NCBI RefSeq assembly: GCF_001194135.2
Contig: NC_068987.1
Location: forward strand, 43,178,204 to 43,237,233
Origin: Octopus bimaculoides
Taxonomy: Eukaryota
Length of the DNA stretch: 59,030 nt
Direction of reading: 5' to 3'
The notes under the pieces are model-generated. The model did not search any database, was not told where the DNA came from, and worked only from the letters and a program-made list of their open reading frames with translations. Within the stretch, counting starts at the first letter, position 1. Every line of letters starts with the position of its first letter. Below, one piece after another: positions 11,862-23,600 of this stretch. The position numbers and the translations under genes were made by a program.

Positions 11862-14413
11862 CTAGGGCTATGACATTTCACCTCTCCTGATATTAAAGGA
11901 GGACTTATTAAATCATTGTCATGCTTACATATTTCTGCATGTCCATTTGCCTGCTGGGATCTTTTGACATCTCCCTCATATATGTCTCTTGTTGCATTGG
12001 CTTCTAAGTGGACATACAGTGTTGCATTTGCATGAAATCCTGCCTCTGTCTCGGGTATAGTCTTACTGACGTAAATTTTCTTTGTATTCAGTGCACCACT
12101 AAAAACTCTAAAGGTGTATCTATTAAATGTTTTTCTGAATTTGTGTGTTTGGGAAAAGTGTTTATCAACTAAGCTAAGAAAGATCTTACCTACACAAGTT
12201 TTTACACTCAGTGAGAAGTAGGGTGTGAATCAGAACTTTCTGGTGACATTTTCTCTTGGTGATGTTAGAACATTATCTTCAATTTTTTCAGCTCTTACAT
12301 TACTTTTTTTTATTTTACTTTAGCATTGAAATTTCCAATGATTTTTGAGCCTAGGTATAAATTTGGTAAATGGTTACCATTCCATCTGTCATATTGAGAT
12401 GTTCATAATTTTGAGAAACAAATGTAGAACATTATGCAGTTTGTATATTCTTTCTCTACTCTCAATACCATTCCTTGTCTTTTAGTGTTTTAATGAAATT
12501 TATTCTACAGGAATGGATAATAATGTAGAATAAGTTCACTTTTTTCTTTACATATAGTTCCAAATAGATGAGACCAGATGCAGAGATGTCTCCTTATCAC
12601 ATGATCTGAAACAGGTTAGTTATTAGCCAGCAACTCAAAGGTTAGGCTTTACAAAGCCCCTATTTTCCCTAGTTGCAATCTACACCTTCAATGTGTACCC
12701 TAAGATATGAAAAATGCAGTAGTCTGTATTAGAGATACTAAGAGGCAATGTAGAAACACTTTCTTAAAACAATCTCTTCACATGACCTTCACCATTATGC
12801 ATACACATATTTATGTATTTATATACACATCATTAACAAGGTAATAAGGAGACACTGAAATAATTTGGTTATGGTAATAAGGCCACTGAATAACTATATA
12901 GCACTGGTATTCTGCTGAGACTTCTCAAACCCCAGATTGTCTGCTAGACAGAGGAGAGAAAGACCTCTCAGATATGTGAAGAACAATGAAAGGTTGAGTA
13001 TTTGATTGAAGCGAGTGGACAGGGGCAACGAAGCTCCAGAGAGAACTGAGCAGCGGCTAACATAAATTTTACTGTTTTGGAAAGTTAAAGTTAATTCTAA
13101 ACAGGATGAAATTGCTATTATGACCCATCTACTGCCATACAGATGCTCTTCTGTAGAGGATGATGTATCCAACCACTTCACATTATATAACTTCCTAGTC
13201 TCCAAAAACATAGCATTCTTTAATCAGTTTTACTATTTCTGAAATACTTTTTTGTATTGTCTACAACTAAATATACTGATATTTGTGATCTGTTAGGGAA
13301 AACATGCACCTCTCATGAGGTGCATGGTTTCTTTTTCTGGCAGAGCTACAAGATCTCTCTCTCTCTCTCTCTCTTTTTCTCTCAACATCTGCAGCTTCAG
13401 AGGTCAATCTTTTCTTATAATCTCTGTAATGTCCATGGCCATAGTCATTCTTAGCTTCCTCAAAACCAAATCAAGGATCAGTTTCTGTCATGGTTAAACT
13501 TCCCATGTCATGCTCTCAGCCAATATCAGCTGACAATTTCTTGTCTTTGGCTACCCACAGCCTTTTCATATTTGCCCAATGATAAGGTTGATTGTAACTA
13601 CTCCACAAGTAACTTTAGGTTTAACATCCCTGGTCTCCTTAACATTTAAGGGTGGAAAATGTGTTGTTAGGCAACAGATGTAGTCAGCCTCTTTATTCAG
13701 TTACTCACTCTGAGTTAATTTTTGTTTGAATTTTGCAAATTACCTAGACTATGTGTTCTACATTTTTGTATATTTATATCCCTTGACCAGTGGAAACACA
13801 GTAGGACAACTGTGCTGATGAAGCCTGTTGTGACAAAAGCAAATGTCCACAACTGTTCTCTTATTTCCAGACAATAAACCTGTCCTTTTCTTCAACTGCA
13901 TCTTGACTTTTGATAATTCTTGAAATTATCTCTCTTCATGAGAGCTTGTCTCTCTTGCCATTCAATGATTATGGCACATCCTCTAGAAGTAAATGATTTT
14001 AATACATCAAGAATTTATGTTGCATGATATTTAATATACCTGTATTTTTCTATTCATATAAATGCCACTGGTCACTCAGAATTACTACTCTTGGCTTTTT
14101 TTTCTTTTTAATTTTGCTTTTAACTCACCTTGCAATAGCAACCAATTCAAACCAATCTGGTTATTACTACAAAATACTCTGGTGGAAATATTCTTTACTG
14201 TCTTTGAGTAGTTACTGCAGGAGAACCAAATTTTCTGTGGAACTGGCTTTAAAGGTGGTATATGAAGTTTAAGATCCCATTGAGGTATTTGGTTAGAAAT
14301 GCACAGTTCAAGATGTTAATGAGAACAGTGAACATTTACCTGTCTTGATGATCCCTCCCTTTTCCATCTGTCCTTAAGGAAGTAGTGTCTTGTATGCATG
14401 TAGTAACACTTAA

Positions 14414-15680
14414 CCATTGCAATTGTCAAACAGTCAATAAAAATGTCATTCATTATCCTTGTGTTGGACAACCACATTTGAGCCTATCTGCCATGCTTTT
14501 TTTTCATATACCTTTTATTTTGTTTTTTTTTCTTATTATTACTGAAGAAATTCAGCTGCAGATCATTGAAAACAGCTTTACAAATTTCTTCTGGGTAATC
14601 TCAATAGATGGCAGTGTAGCAGCCCCACCCAGCTAATAGAGGTTCATTTTAGTTAGCTCTGATCTGTTTGGTTTTCTTCCTTGGCAAAAAGAAAATGGTT
14701 TCTATCCTAAGACCAGTAACCTCATTTGCTACCATCTGGGTGAGACAGCTCTTTGGTGTTTCTGAATCATTAGGTGAATTGTTTCTCCTGGGTGCCAATG
14801 CTACATATGTTGCAACATATCTGCAGCTGTTCAAAACTACTAAGTGCATTCATGGTCACTAATATGTCTTCATTTGTCAAAACAACTGCTGGGTCATTTT
14901 AGAAAGTTTGGATATATCCAGAGCAACACCCTTAATGGGAATATTTGGAAGCTACACAACGAGTTCAGATTTCTCCCTACAATAAAGTCGTATATTATTC
15001 CAGTCTTTATTACCAGAAACCCTTCTGCCTTCTTCAACTGTACACTTTTGAATATTTCTAAGTATTGACTCACTGATCAAAATTCTAAAGGCAGGAAGAG
15101 GACTATCTCTAATGACTCGAGTTGTAGCATATGTGGTTGGGCCTGACTGAAGTTTTATGACATTGTGGGAAATGACCACATGCATGCTGTGATGACATCA
15201 AACAGCCAAGAAGAACCATCCTCATCTTTCAAACATTGAAAAACATTTCTTATATTATCAGTGCTACTATCTAGTTTATTATTTGGAGCTACAGTACAGA
15301 CGTCTGTTGATTCTTCACTAGAATCAGATGAAGAACATTATATTCAATTTCTGAAAGTGTATCATCAGTTTCAGAAAGCTCAGCATCTGATGAATCAGAT
15401 GAGATATTTCTAAGTTCTAATATTTTACCATCTGTTAGGACTCTGGACATGTCAATTTCTATTGGAAAAATAATACAAAATAATTATGAAATCTGATAAA
15501 ATAGAAGAAAGCAAAGTAATTATGCATTTATATTAAAAAAATCATTTTTTGCTTTGCACACAAATATAGATAGCCAAATCTTGCAATCTTGACATTCACA
15601 ACTGTCTCAATTATGGGTAAATGAGTGTAAGACAGCAAGCAAAAATCAAACATGTTTGACTGTGAAACGATTTCAAACAT
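14414..15680 (-). mobile_element. piggyBac-family transposase relic, internally deleted
   Basis: From ATG 15450: MSRVLTDGKILEL + acidic Ser/Asp tract, KDEDGSSW, then HNVIKLQSGPTTYA…SPLPAFRILISESILRNIQKCTVEEGRRV…DW (ORF 14952-15185). Later NEVTGLRI…FFL resembles the C-terminal core. TTAA at 14410-14413 is a candidate end; the other end is uncertain. Confidence 0.6.
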
Positions 15681-16527
15681 ATTTATACATAAAAGGGTGG
15701 GCAAGTAACAAAAGCATGTCATGTATCGACTGATGTGTAGTCCTTGTAGGTAGTATAAAGCCTATTTTTTATTCCAATCCAACCTACATACAATGCATAA
15801 TGTGTATAGCTAACATAACATGAAAAGTCATGTACCATGAAATAAATATTAACAAATGTTTTTAAGTTATGAACATTTAAAAAAGGAAAGTGCATCAAGT
15901 GATGCAGTTGGTCCTTTTAGTGTTAAAAATATCATTTTAACAATATTGTATTGCTACTTCATAAAAATGTAGAGAAACTTGTCTGGCAATTGACATGAGT
16001 TTTAAACCACTCTTTATCAAATTTAGTATTTTGTCAAACTTTTGAAGAATGAAAAAATCTAGACAGCTTTGTGGATAACTAAACTATGAATGCTAACATA
16101 TTTATATAAGATTTTGGTGTATATCTGATCTAGCTTACTGTTTGATTTTCAATTTGTGAAATGTGATGTGGGGAGGTGTAAAGATCAGAGTAATTAAAAA
16201 ATTCTGAGAGTTTTCTCAGTTTTTGGATGCCCAGAGGTAGGTACAAATTATGTAATAGACATTTATAAGTAGTTAAGAGGGTCGCCAAGTAACAGTGGGC
16301 AGAGACATGTATTTAGCTATGTACTAATTATGTCTGATGATTTACTGTTATATCTTGAGCTACAATTTAATTTGCATTCTATGCAACAAAAATTCATTAG
16401 AGTTTCATAACTTCTGTTGGGTGTTTAAAGAAACAATCTGTAATAAAATCTAATGAAAAAATAACACTTGTTTCAAAATTTACATATCAATTTATGCTGT
16501 GAATATAAAATGCATTTCTTTGAAAAT

Positions 16528-17286
16528 TTAATAACAATCCAAAACATTTTCATCGTCTTCCTCACTTATCACTCCTTCATCACAATCAGCAAGTATGTCT
16601 TCGATTAAAGATAGTGGGTTCTTTATGTATAGATCGCAGTTCATTTGACAATCCTGTAAATAACTACTTACATCAAGTTTGGAAAGCATTTCTACAAAAG
16701 CCACGCCTTTATGTTTTTTTGCAGACCATTCGCAAGAACGACAACAATCTTTACTACAACATTGGTACAAGTCCTGTGTATCCATATTCGCAGTTTTAAC
16801 AAGACATTGCCCAATGTCCTCCAACTTGATATGTTCAGCTAAAAATTTCTTCAAATTAACAAGGACACGGCCAGCTTCTTCTTGCACACTGTAGTCACAG
16901 TCTCGATAGGCTAAGAGTAAAGAATCGATGCAGTTGATCTGCTGAAATTTAGAGAGCATCTTAAGTATCTTACAATTTGTACAAGCTTTACATATTCCAC
17001 CTGACATGACTAATCCAGCTGCATATGATGGAACACTAGTTGTACTTTGTAATGTCAATTGCTCTTCAGAAATGATGATACTCTCCCAATATTCAATGCT
17101 AACCTTCTTCACTTCCCAATCCAAGTCGTCCTGCAACACACTGTACATTGCTTTATGAAAAATTGCAAGTTGATTACTACTATGCACAGTTTTTGACAAT
17201 TTCAGAAGGAATTTTGCAGCTGCCCGCCGTGCAAAGGCTTCACTATCCGTTTCAAGAATGTTCATAATGTCTTGTTGAATATCAGC
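16528..17286 (-). CDS. BRAT1: BRAT1 exon 8 (last coding exon)
   Basis: Acceptor ttttttcag|17286, phase 0. ADIQQDIMNILETDSEAFARRAA…DDLDWEVK…EDDENVLDCY, stop TAA. Confidence 0.93.
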   Translation of the reverse strand, partial: ADIQQDIMNILETDSEAFARRAAAKFLLKLSKTVHSSNQLAIFHKAMYSVLQDDLDWEVKKVSIEYWESIIISEEQLTLQSTTSVPSYAAGLVMSGGICKACTNCKILKMLSKFQQINCIDSLLLAYRDCDYSVQEEAGRVLVNLKKFLAEHIKLEDIGQCLVKTANMDTQDLYQCCSKDCCRSCEWSAKKHKGVAFVEMLSKLDVSSYLQDCQMNCDLYIKNPLSLIEDILADCDEGVISEEDDENVLDCY

Positions 17287-17595
17287 CTGAAAAAATAATT
17301 TCACAAAATACTGGATTAGAAAATGTGAAATGGGTGTCATGGATGAACAGAAATGTAATTTGGAATATTAAGTTCCAGGAATGATGAAACATACAAGTAA
17401 TGTACTATTGTTAGTTCAGTTTACTCTGTCCTACATGTAATGTGAAATCTCATTTAGATATAAGCAGAGCAATAATTTGACATAAATTCATTTAGACACA
17501 AGCAATTTTTTAATTCATTTTATATGTTCTGTTTAATTCCTATGTTTTTCATTTCATGTTGATAAAATAAGTATCATTCATACCCTGGGTGAATC

Positions 17596-17627
<32 letters not shown>

Positions 17628-20600
17628 CACTTCCTCACAATAAACTCATTTCTGATTTTAGGCACAAGGTCGTCAATCAACCCTAATACTTACCTGATAC
17701 TTTATTTCATCAACCCTGAAAAGATGAAAGACTTAGCTGTCTTCAACAGGGTTTGAACTCAGAATGTAAAGTGCCAGAACAAATAGTGCAAGATTCTTTT
17801 TTTTTTTTTTTTAATCCTACCAGTTTACCACCTCCCTGCCAGCTCAATAACGTTTTATAAAGAATGGTATAAGCACAAGATGTTGAAACTGCCTGCCTGC
17901 AAACATTTTTCTGAACTAGTTACCAGAGGATCAGTGTTGTGGGCCAATAAAATATTCAATATTAGTAGGACTTGTGGAAATTCCACAGAACAAAAAAGAT
18001 TAAGAGAAGCTATTTAAGAAAGAAAGGCTGGTTTGCATTTTTATTTTGCTAAGTTATTTCATTTATAGTAACAATAATATATGATTTTAAAATGTCCCTC
18101 TGCTAAGCACTTTATATTTCTCTCTTTAACAAACTTTTTAACCATGTAATCCCCTTCTTCATGTCTTCAACATTTCTCTTTTTCTCTTCACCTCGTATGT
18201 CCACTAACCACATGTTTGATGGCATAATGCATCAGCTGGCTATCTGCTCTCTCATTTCCTCTTCATCTCTTTCACCCCACCTCTTCCTCCTCCTCTCTAA
18301 CAAACTAAAGTGTAAAGTGTGAACAAACAGGTAGAAGAATATTATAGATTTAGTTCAATAAAAAATTCTTTGCACTATCAACACACCACCATCATCATCA
18401 TCATCACTATAGTTTTCAGTATTTTCATTTCCTTTTCGTTTATGTCTATTTTTTCTTGCTGTTGCTGTGTCACTATTCTGACAGTACAAACATTATCTCT
18501 CTCTCTCTCTCTCAATATAACTGCCTCCCCTGTCTATCTCTCTTTATCTGCCTTTCTTTAACCTCACTACCAGAACATCACCCTCTGCTAAATATTGTAT
18601 TTCAAACATCTTTTACTCTTTACCTTTCCCTCCCCACCCTACAGCACATCATTAACACTTCTCTCTCCCTCTTTTCTCTCACTCTTTGCCTTTCCCTTCA
18701 ACTAACCAGGTGATGCATTGGGCCTTTTTATACATCTTTCTCTACTTCTTCCTCAATTCTTTCTTCTCTACTCACACTCCTCCCCTCCTTCTCTCACTTT
18801 TACTCCACCTCTCTAACTAACTAAAGTATAACAGGCAAATGAACAAGCAGATTATTATATAGCTACTGTGTCAATTTAACTGGTTATTCATTGCATCTTA
18901 CATTGAACTTGTTTCCAATGAAAAAAATCAACAATGATGATGGCCAAGAAATAATATACACGATAAACAATTTGCTTGGTGTTTATAATACTGAAGATAT
19001 TACAGATGAGTCAGCTATATTGTTAAAACCTCACTTAAGTAAATGAAATCAGTATTTCTAATAAATGTATAAAACTAGTTTTAAATACACCAAATGGCTT
19101 CATTTATTAAACCTGATCACACAGTTTTTCAAAAAGTGATCAGCTGCCTTACCGTAGATAGCGAAACATCCATGATATCAGTAGATTAGAAATGGATTTT
19201 TTTACTTGTCTTAAGCATTTTTAAAGGAAATAGTTAATTGAAGCCCAGTATATTACTGATACTTACTTTTATCAATACTGGAGATTCAATATTGATGATT
19301 AAGACTAAATATTGAAAGTTGTGATATCAGTGCTTTCTTATTTCTACAAATTTGCAGCCTAGTATCCCCCAAATGGGACATATTTGAATGAGATATGGAC
19401 TCTGCAAGACACACAAGAATACCTGTCTATGAGAGTAGTTATTCCAAAGAGGAACTGAAAATGAAAGAAAAGGACTCTAGCACCAGTGGCATGATAAAAT
19501 GTATCCAGTCCACACTGTAATATACAAACAACAAAACTGATGAGTTACTCAGTGTTGTAAGAGAGATGGTGTTGACCAAGATGCTATGAAACCAGTTCAA
19601 GGAAAAATAATCATATAATGACATTTGCTGAAACAAAATAAAAATATAAATTTAAAACTGACCGGAGATTTTTCAACAGTTGACAGAAAACTTGACCAGA
19701 GATCATCAATATTAATCAAATGTAACAGAGCAGATATACAAGTGGCACGGACATAACTTTCACCATCGGATAAGCTGGAGTAGGCTAATGAATGAAGTTT
19801 ATTTTCCTGTATCCACAACTGAAATTCAGGTGCTGTTAAAGAGAAGTAAAGTAAAATATAGAAATGGTGATTTTTCTTGTGTCAAAGACAAACGATTTTT
19901 TTATAATTAGGCAGAAAATCAACTGCCATCATCATCATCATCTTAATGTTCATTTTTCCATGCTCATGTGGGCTAGATGATATTTATTGAAGCAAATTTT
20001 CTATGCTTAGATACAGAGTGTACTGGGTGCTTTTTATGTGGCACCAGACACATAAAAAAAAGTGAGGTCACAAAGTAATCACAAAACAAAACCCTTCAAC
20101 TGAATGGGGGATATGAGAGTATAAGAAAGGGACAGAAGCATGTATCGTGCTGAAGAGGTAATGGAGAGAGAGAGAGAACAGGGATAGAGAAATAGAAAAG
20201 GTGGGTGGGTGGGTTGGTACGCAAGTGTGCAAGAGAGAAAAGAGTAAAAAAGGTGCTTAGCAATGGGGGTAGAGGTGAATGCAGTGAATATGCTGGAGTG
20301 AAAAAGAGAGTGACAGATAATGAAGAATGAGGTGAACAGAGCAAATGTCAGTTTAAGGGAGGAGAAGTGAAGGAAAGGAGATTGAAGTGGGTCAGCAAGG
20401 AAGAGGAGGTAAAGTATGGTAGTGTGGATACAATGTGAAGTGTAGGGGGATAAGTAGTATCATTTAGAGCACTTAAGTGAACAGTACTACAGTTAGAAGT
20501 CACATGTTTGCCAGAAGCAAAGATCCCCAAACTTTTTACACTATCAACCCCTTCATGGAATCCTTGACCCCCTCACCAACCCCCAGGCATGTACAAGAAA

Positions 20601-23600
20601 ATAAATAAATAAATAATAATAATAACTAAGTAACTGTGCAGTTTCCATATACATCAGTAAGGGAAACTGCATACCAAACCCTGCAAAACTGTTGTTCTAT
20701 ATCCCCATCCCCTGTGAATATCTTTCAAGAAATATAAGGAAACAAAAAGGAAAAACTGTTTACTGTCATTGTGGAAATCATGAGAAATGTGCAAAATATT
20801 GAATATAATGTTGGAGTTCAACATACAGTGTTCAAACTTATCGAAATACGTGGAAATGCAGATTGATAAATGAATATGTTGCATGAAATATTGAATTGGG
20901 CAATAAAAAGAGAGGAGAATCTGTTTGCTGTTATTTGGCGCCTAATATTAAATACTTTAAAAAAAGAATTAATATACCTTTTTATTGAATTGGTTGACAT
21001 CATTAATGGCAAGATTGTGTTTGATGAGCATTAGAAAGGGCATTGATATTTGGTTGGAGATTGGTGAGTTTTAATCATAAGTCACCACTCTCTTCCAGGT
21101 TCAGTCTGTTTCTCTGCTTTGTTAGAAATGCATTTGTATGCCTAAAACCAACTTCAACCATGTACAAATTTGGGAATGCAACTAAAAATAGCTCAACTGT
21201 TGCACTAAGCTTGGGATATTTAGTAGCAGTATTTACATTGCTCCAATAGTCTCTGAGGCTTTTACTTCTGAACAATGATGTAGCTTCGAGTTTCACACAC
21301 ATATCGAGTTCATCTTCTAAGTGAGATTCAATGTCTGCATTTTCTATTTCCAAATCAAATGGTGTAACAATCCAGTTGGATACATGCATTTTTTCCAGGT
21401 CCTTGAAACATACTTTAAAGTCTTCTCTTAATTTTTCAAGGTGCTTTATGTATATATCTAAATCATAGTCTGAAATATTTTCATCTTCCAATTGCTGCAA
21501 ATTTGAAAAATGTTTAAAATTTCTATGTGCCAATGAAAATTTAACCCTTTAGCATTTAAACCGGCCATATCCGGCCAAAAGTATTCTGCCTATTCTATGT
21601 TCAAACTGGCCAGATCTGGTCTCTCACACCAACCCTACAATATGGTTTTAAAAATTAACAGCTACCTCATCAAAATCTCATAGCTATGAGATAATGCTTG
21701 ATTAGTTCAAAACAATGTGGATAAAAAAGCATTAATTATGGCAGAATAATGTGCACACTAAAGGGTTAAATATCCCTATTTTGACTTGGAAGCCCATTAG
21801 GATTGAACAACTGTAACATCTTTACCTTGCAGACGATTCTGTATTTCATTAGATTTTGAATATAGATCTGCTAAATAGAACAGATGGTTCTGACACATTT
21901 CCAACTCATCACACAGTGTTGGGTCCACATCTGGAAGAAGCTTCACAGTTGAGTCATAGAAGTCAACAAGTCTTTGCAAGCTATCACCACTTGACAACCA
22001 CCTTACCTCAGTGTGCAAATGTAATTGGTTCAAAGTTTCATCATTTTTTTTCACATAACATTGCAAATATTCACGAATTGAGAGGATGAACTTTAATTTT
22101 ATTGACTGACCTGATACACACTTTTAAGGCACCATGCAGTTCACCACTAAGTTTTTGGCTACAAGATGGTGTCTGTACATACTGTTCACACAGTGAACAG
22201 TATGTACATTGGGAACCTAGGTGGCAAATCATTGTTTGTGCACCATCAGCAGCCACAGCAGTAATATTCCTGAGGGGAACATTGCGTTTCTTCAAATAAT
22301 CCTCCAAATACAGAAAACTTCTCTCACCTTTTGCATCACCTTTGTCAACAATGCACTTTAGGCTTGGACTATAATACCTCACACAGGCCATGAGAATATT
22401 TGAACTGCCAAAAGTTGATTCATTGAGTTGAATAGAAAACTTGCAATGTTGAAGCTCAGATGCCAAGGGTCTCTCCACATCATCAGTCATCTCATCAATG
22501 CATTGCTGCACTGTATTTGCACTTAATGGTATGCATTTTAGAACAGGTTGAGAGTCTTTCTTCATAACATTTTCAATCACATCTTTAATTGCTGGTATTG
22601 TGCTCTCTTCACCAATGGTATATGATTTTCCTTTCTTTGCTATATTAAGGGAGATGCAGTATAATGTCTTCAGTCCTCTTTCATTATCAGCACTGGCAGA
22701 TGCTTCAAAAAATTTCTTGAAGTTTGGTTGATTTCTAAATTTTTCTTTCAGCATCTTCAAAAAATCAAGAATGAATCTTTTCAAGGTGGTCTTTCAATTT
22801 CGTGGGTTTCGTGGCATCATTACTGAAAGCCTTTTCGCATAACAGGCACATCGGCATTGTTTCATTAGTAAATGAAGGTAAGAATCCAAACTTCAAATAC
22901 TCTTGTGAATATTGTCTGCACTTCTTAGCATTAGCGGCTATCATTGTGCTTACTAGAAATAGGTAAATTTAAACAGTAAATGCACAGTTATCAGTTCACT
23001 GACACCACTCCAATAGCTATGGGTGTCTCTGGACTAGTTGGCACCAATGGCCATCTGATGGTGGCTCTGGCCAGCAAGCATGTGCTACATATCAGGCACT
23101 GAGTTGATCTATGTCTCTCTCTCCCTGTATGTGTGTGTAGTGGTTGGAATGTTTGTGTGTATTTGTATGTTTACACACCACCATTCTACACTCAGTTGGG
23201 TTCCATCTCTGCAATGTTCGATGTTACTGTAAGTGAAAGAATTGTCACTGCTGCCTCTGTGTGACTGTAGGTTTGTATGAGCACTAACTATGTTGGATGG
23301 TCAGCAATATATGTATCAGAAAGTTGTATTTTATGTATTTGTAATCCTTATATGAATGTCAGCTTTCAAGCCCAAATGTTCAATTGACTCCACTTCTGAC
23401 CCCCCCCCCCCCGGCACCTATCAACCCCTTGAATTGTCTCATCGACCCCTGATATCAGCCACTTTGGAGACCCCTGGTCTAAAGTTTTAAGCTTTGTAAT
23501 AGGAAGTGAATAGAAAAGATAGGAAACATTTAGATATTCTAAGTGTTTTATCTAAAAGCTATATACCTGTGTTCCATACCCACTCAGGAAAGCTGTCAGT

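Noticed and set aside
12894-13211. 105-aa minus-strand ORF between the two genes
   Set aside because: No recognisable domain or convincing splice partners; this length can arise by chance.
17287-17340. N-terminal 18 aa of ORF 16528-17340 as an independent gene start
   Set aside because: It is intron polypyrimidine tract; the exon begins after ttttttcag at 17286.
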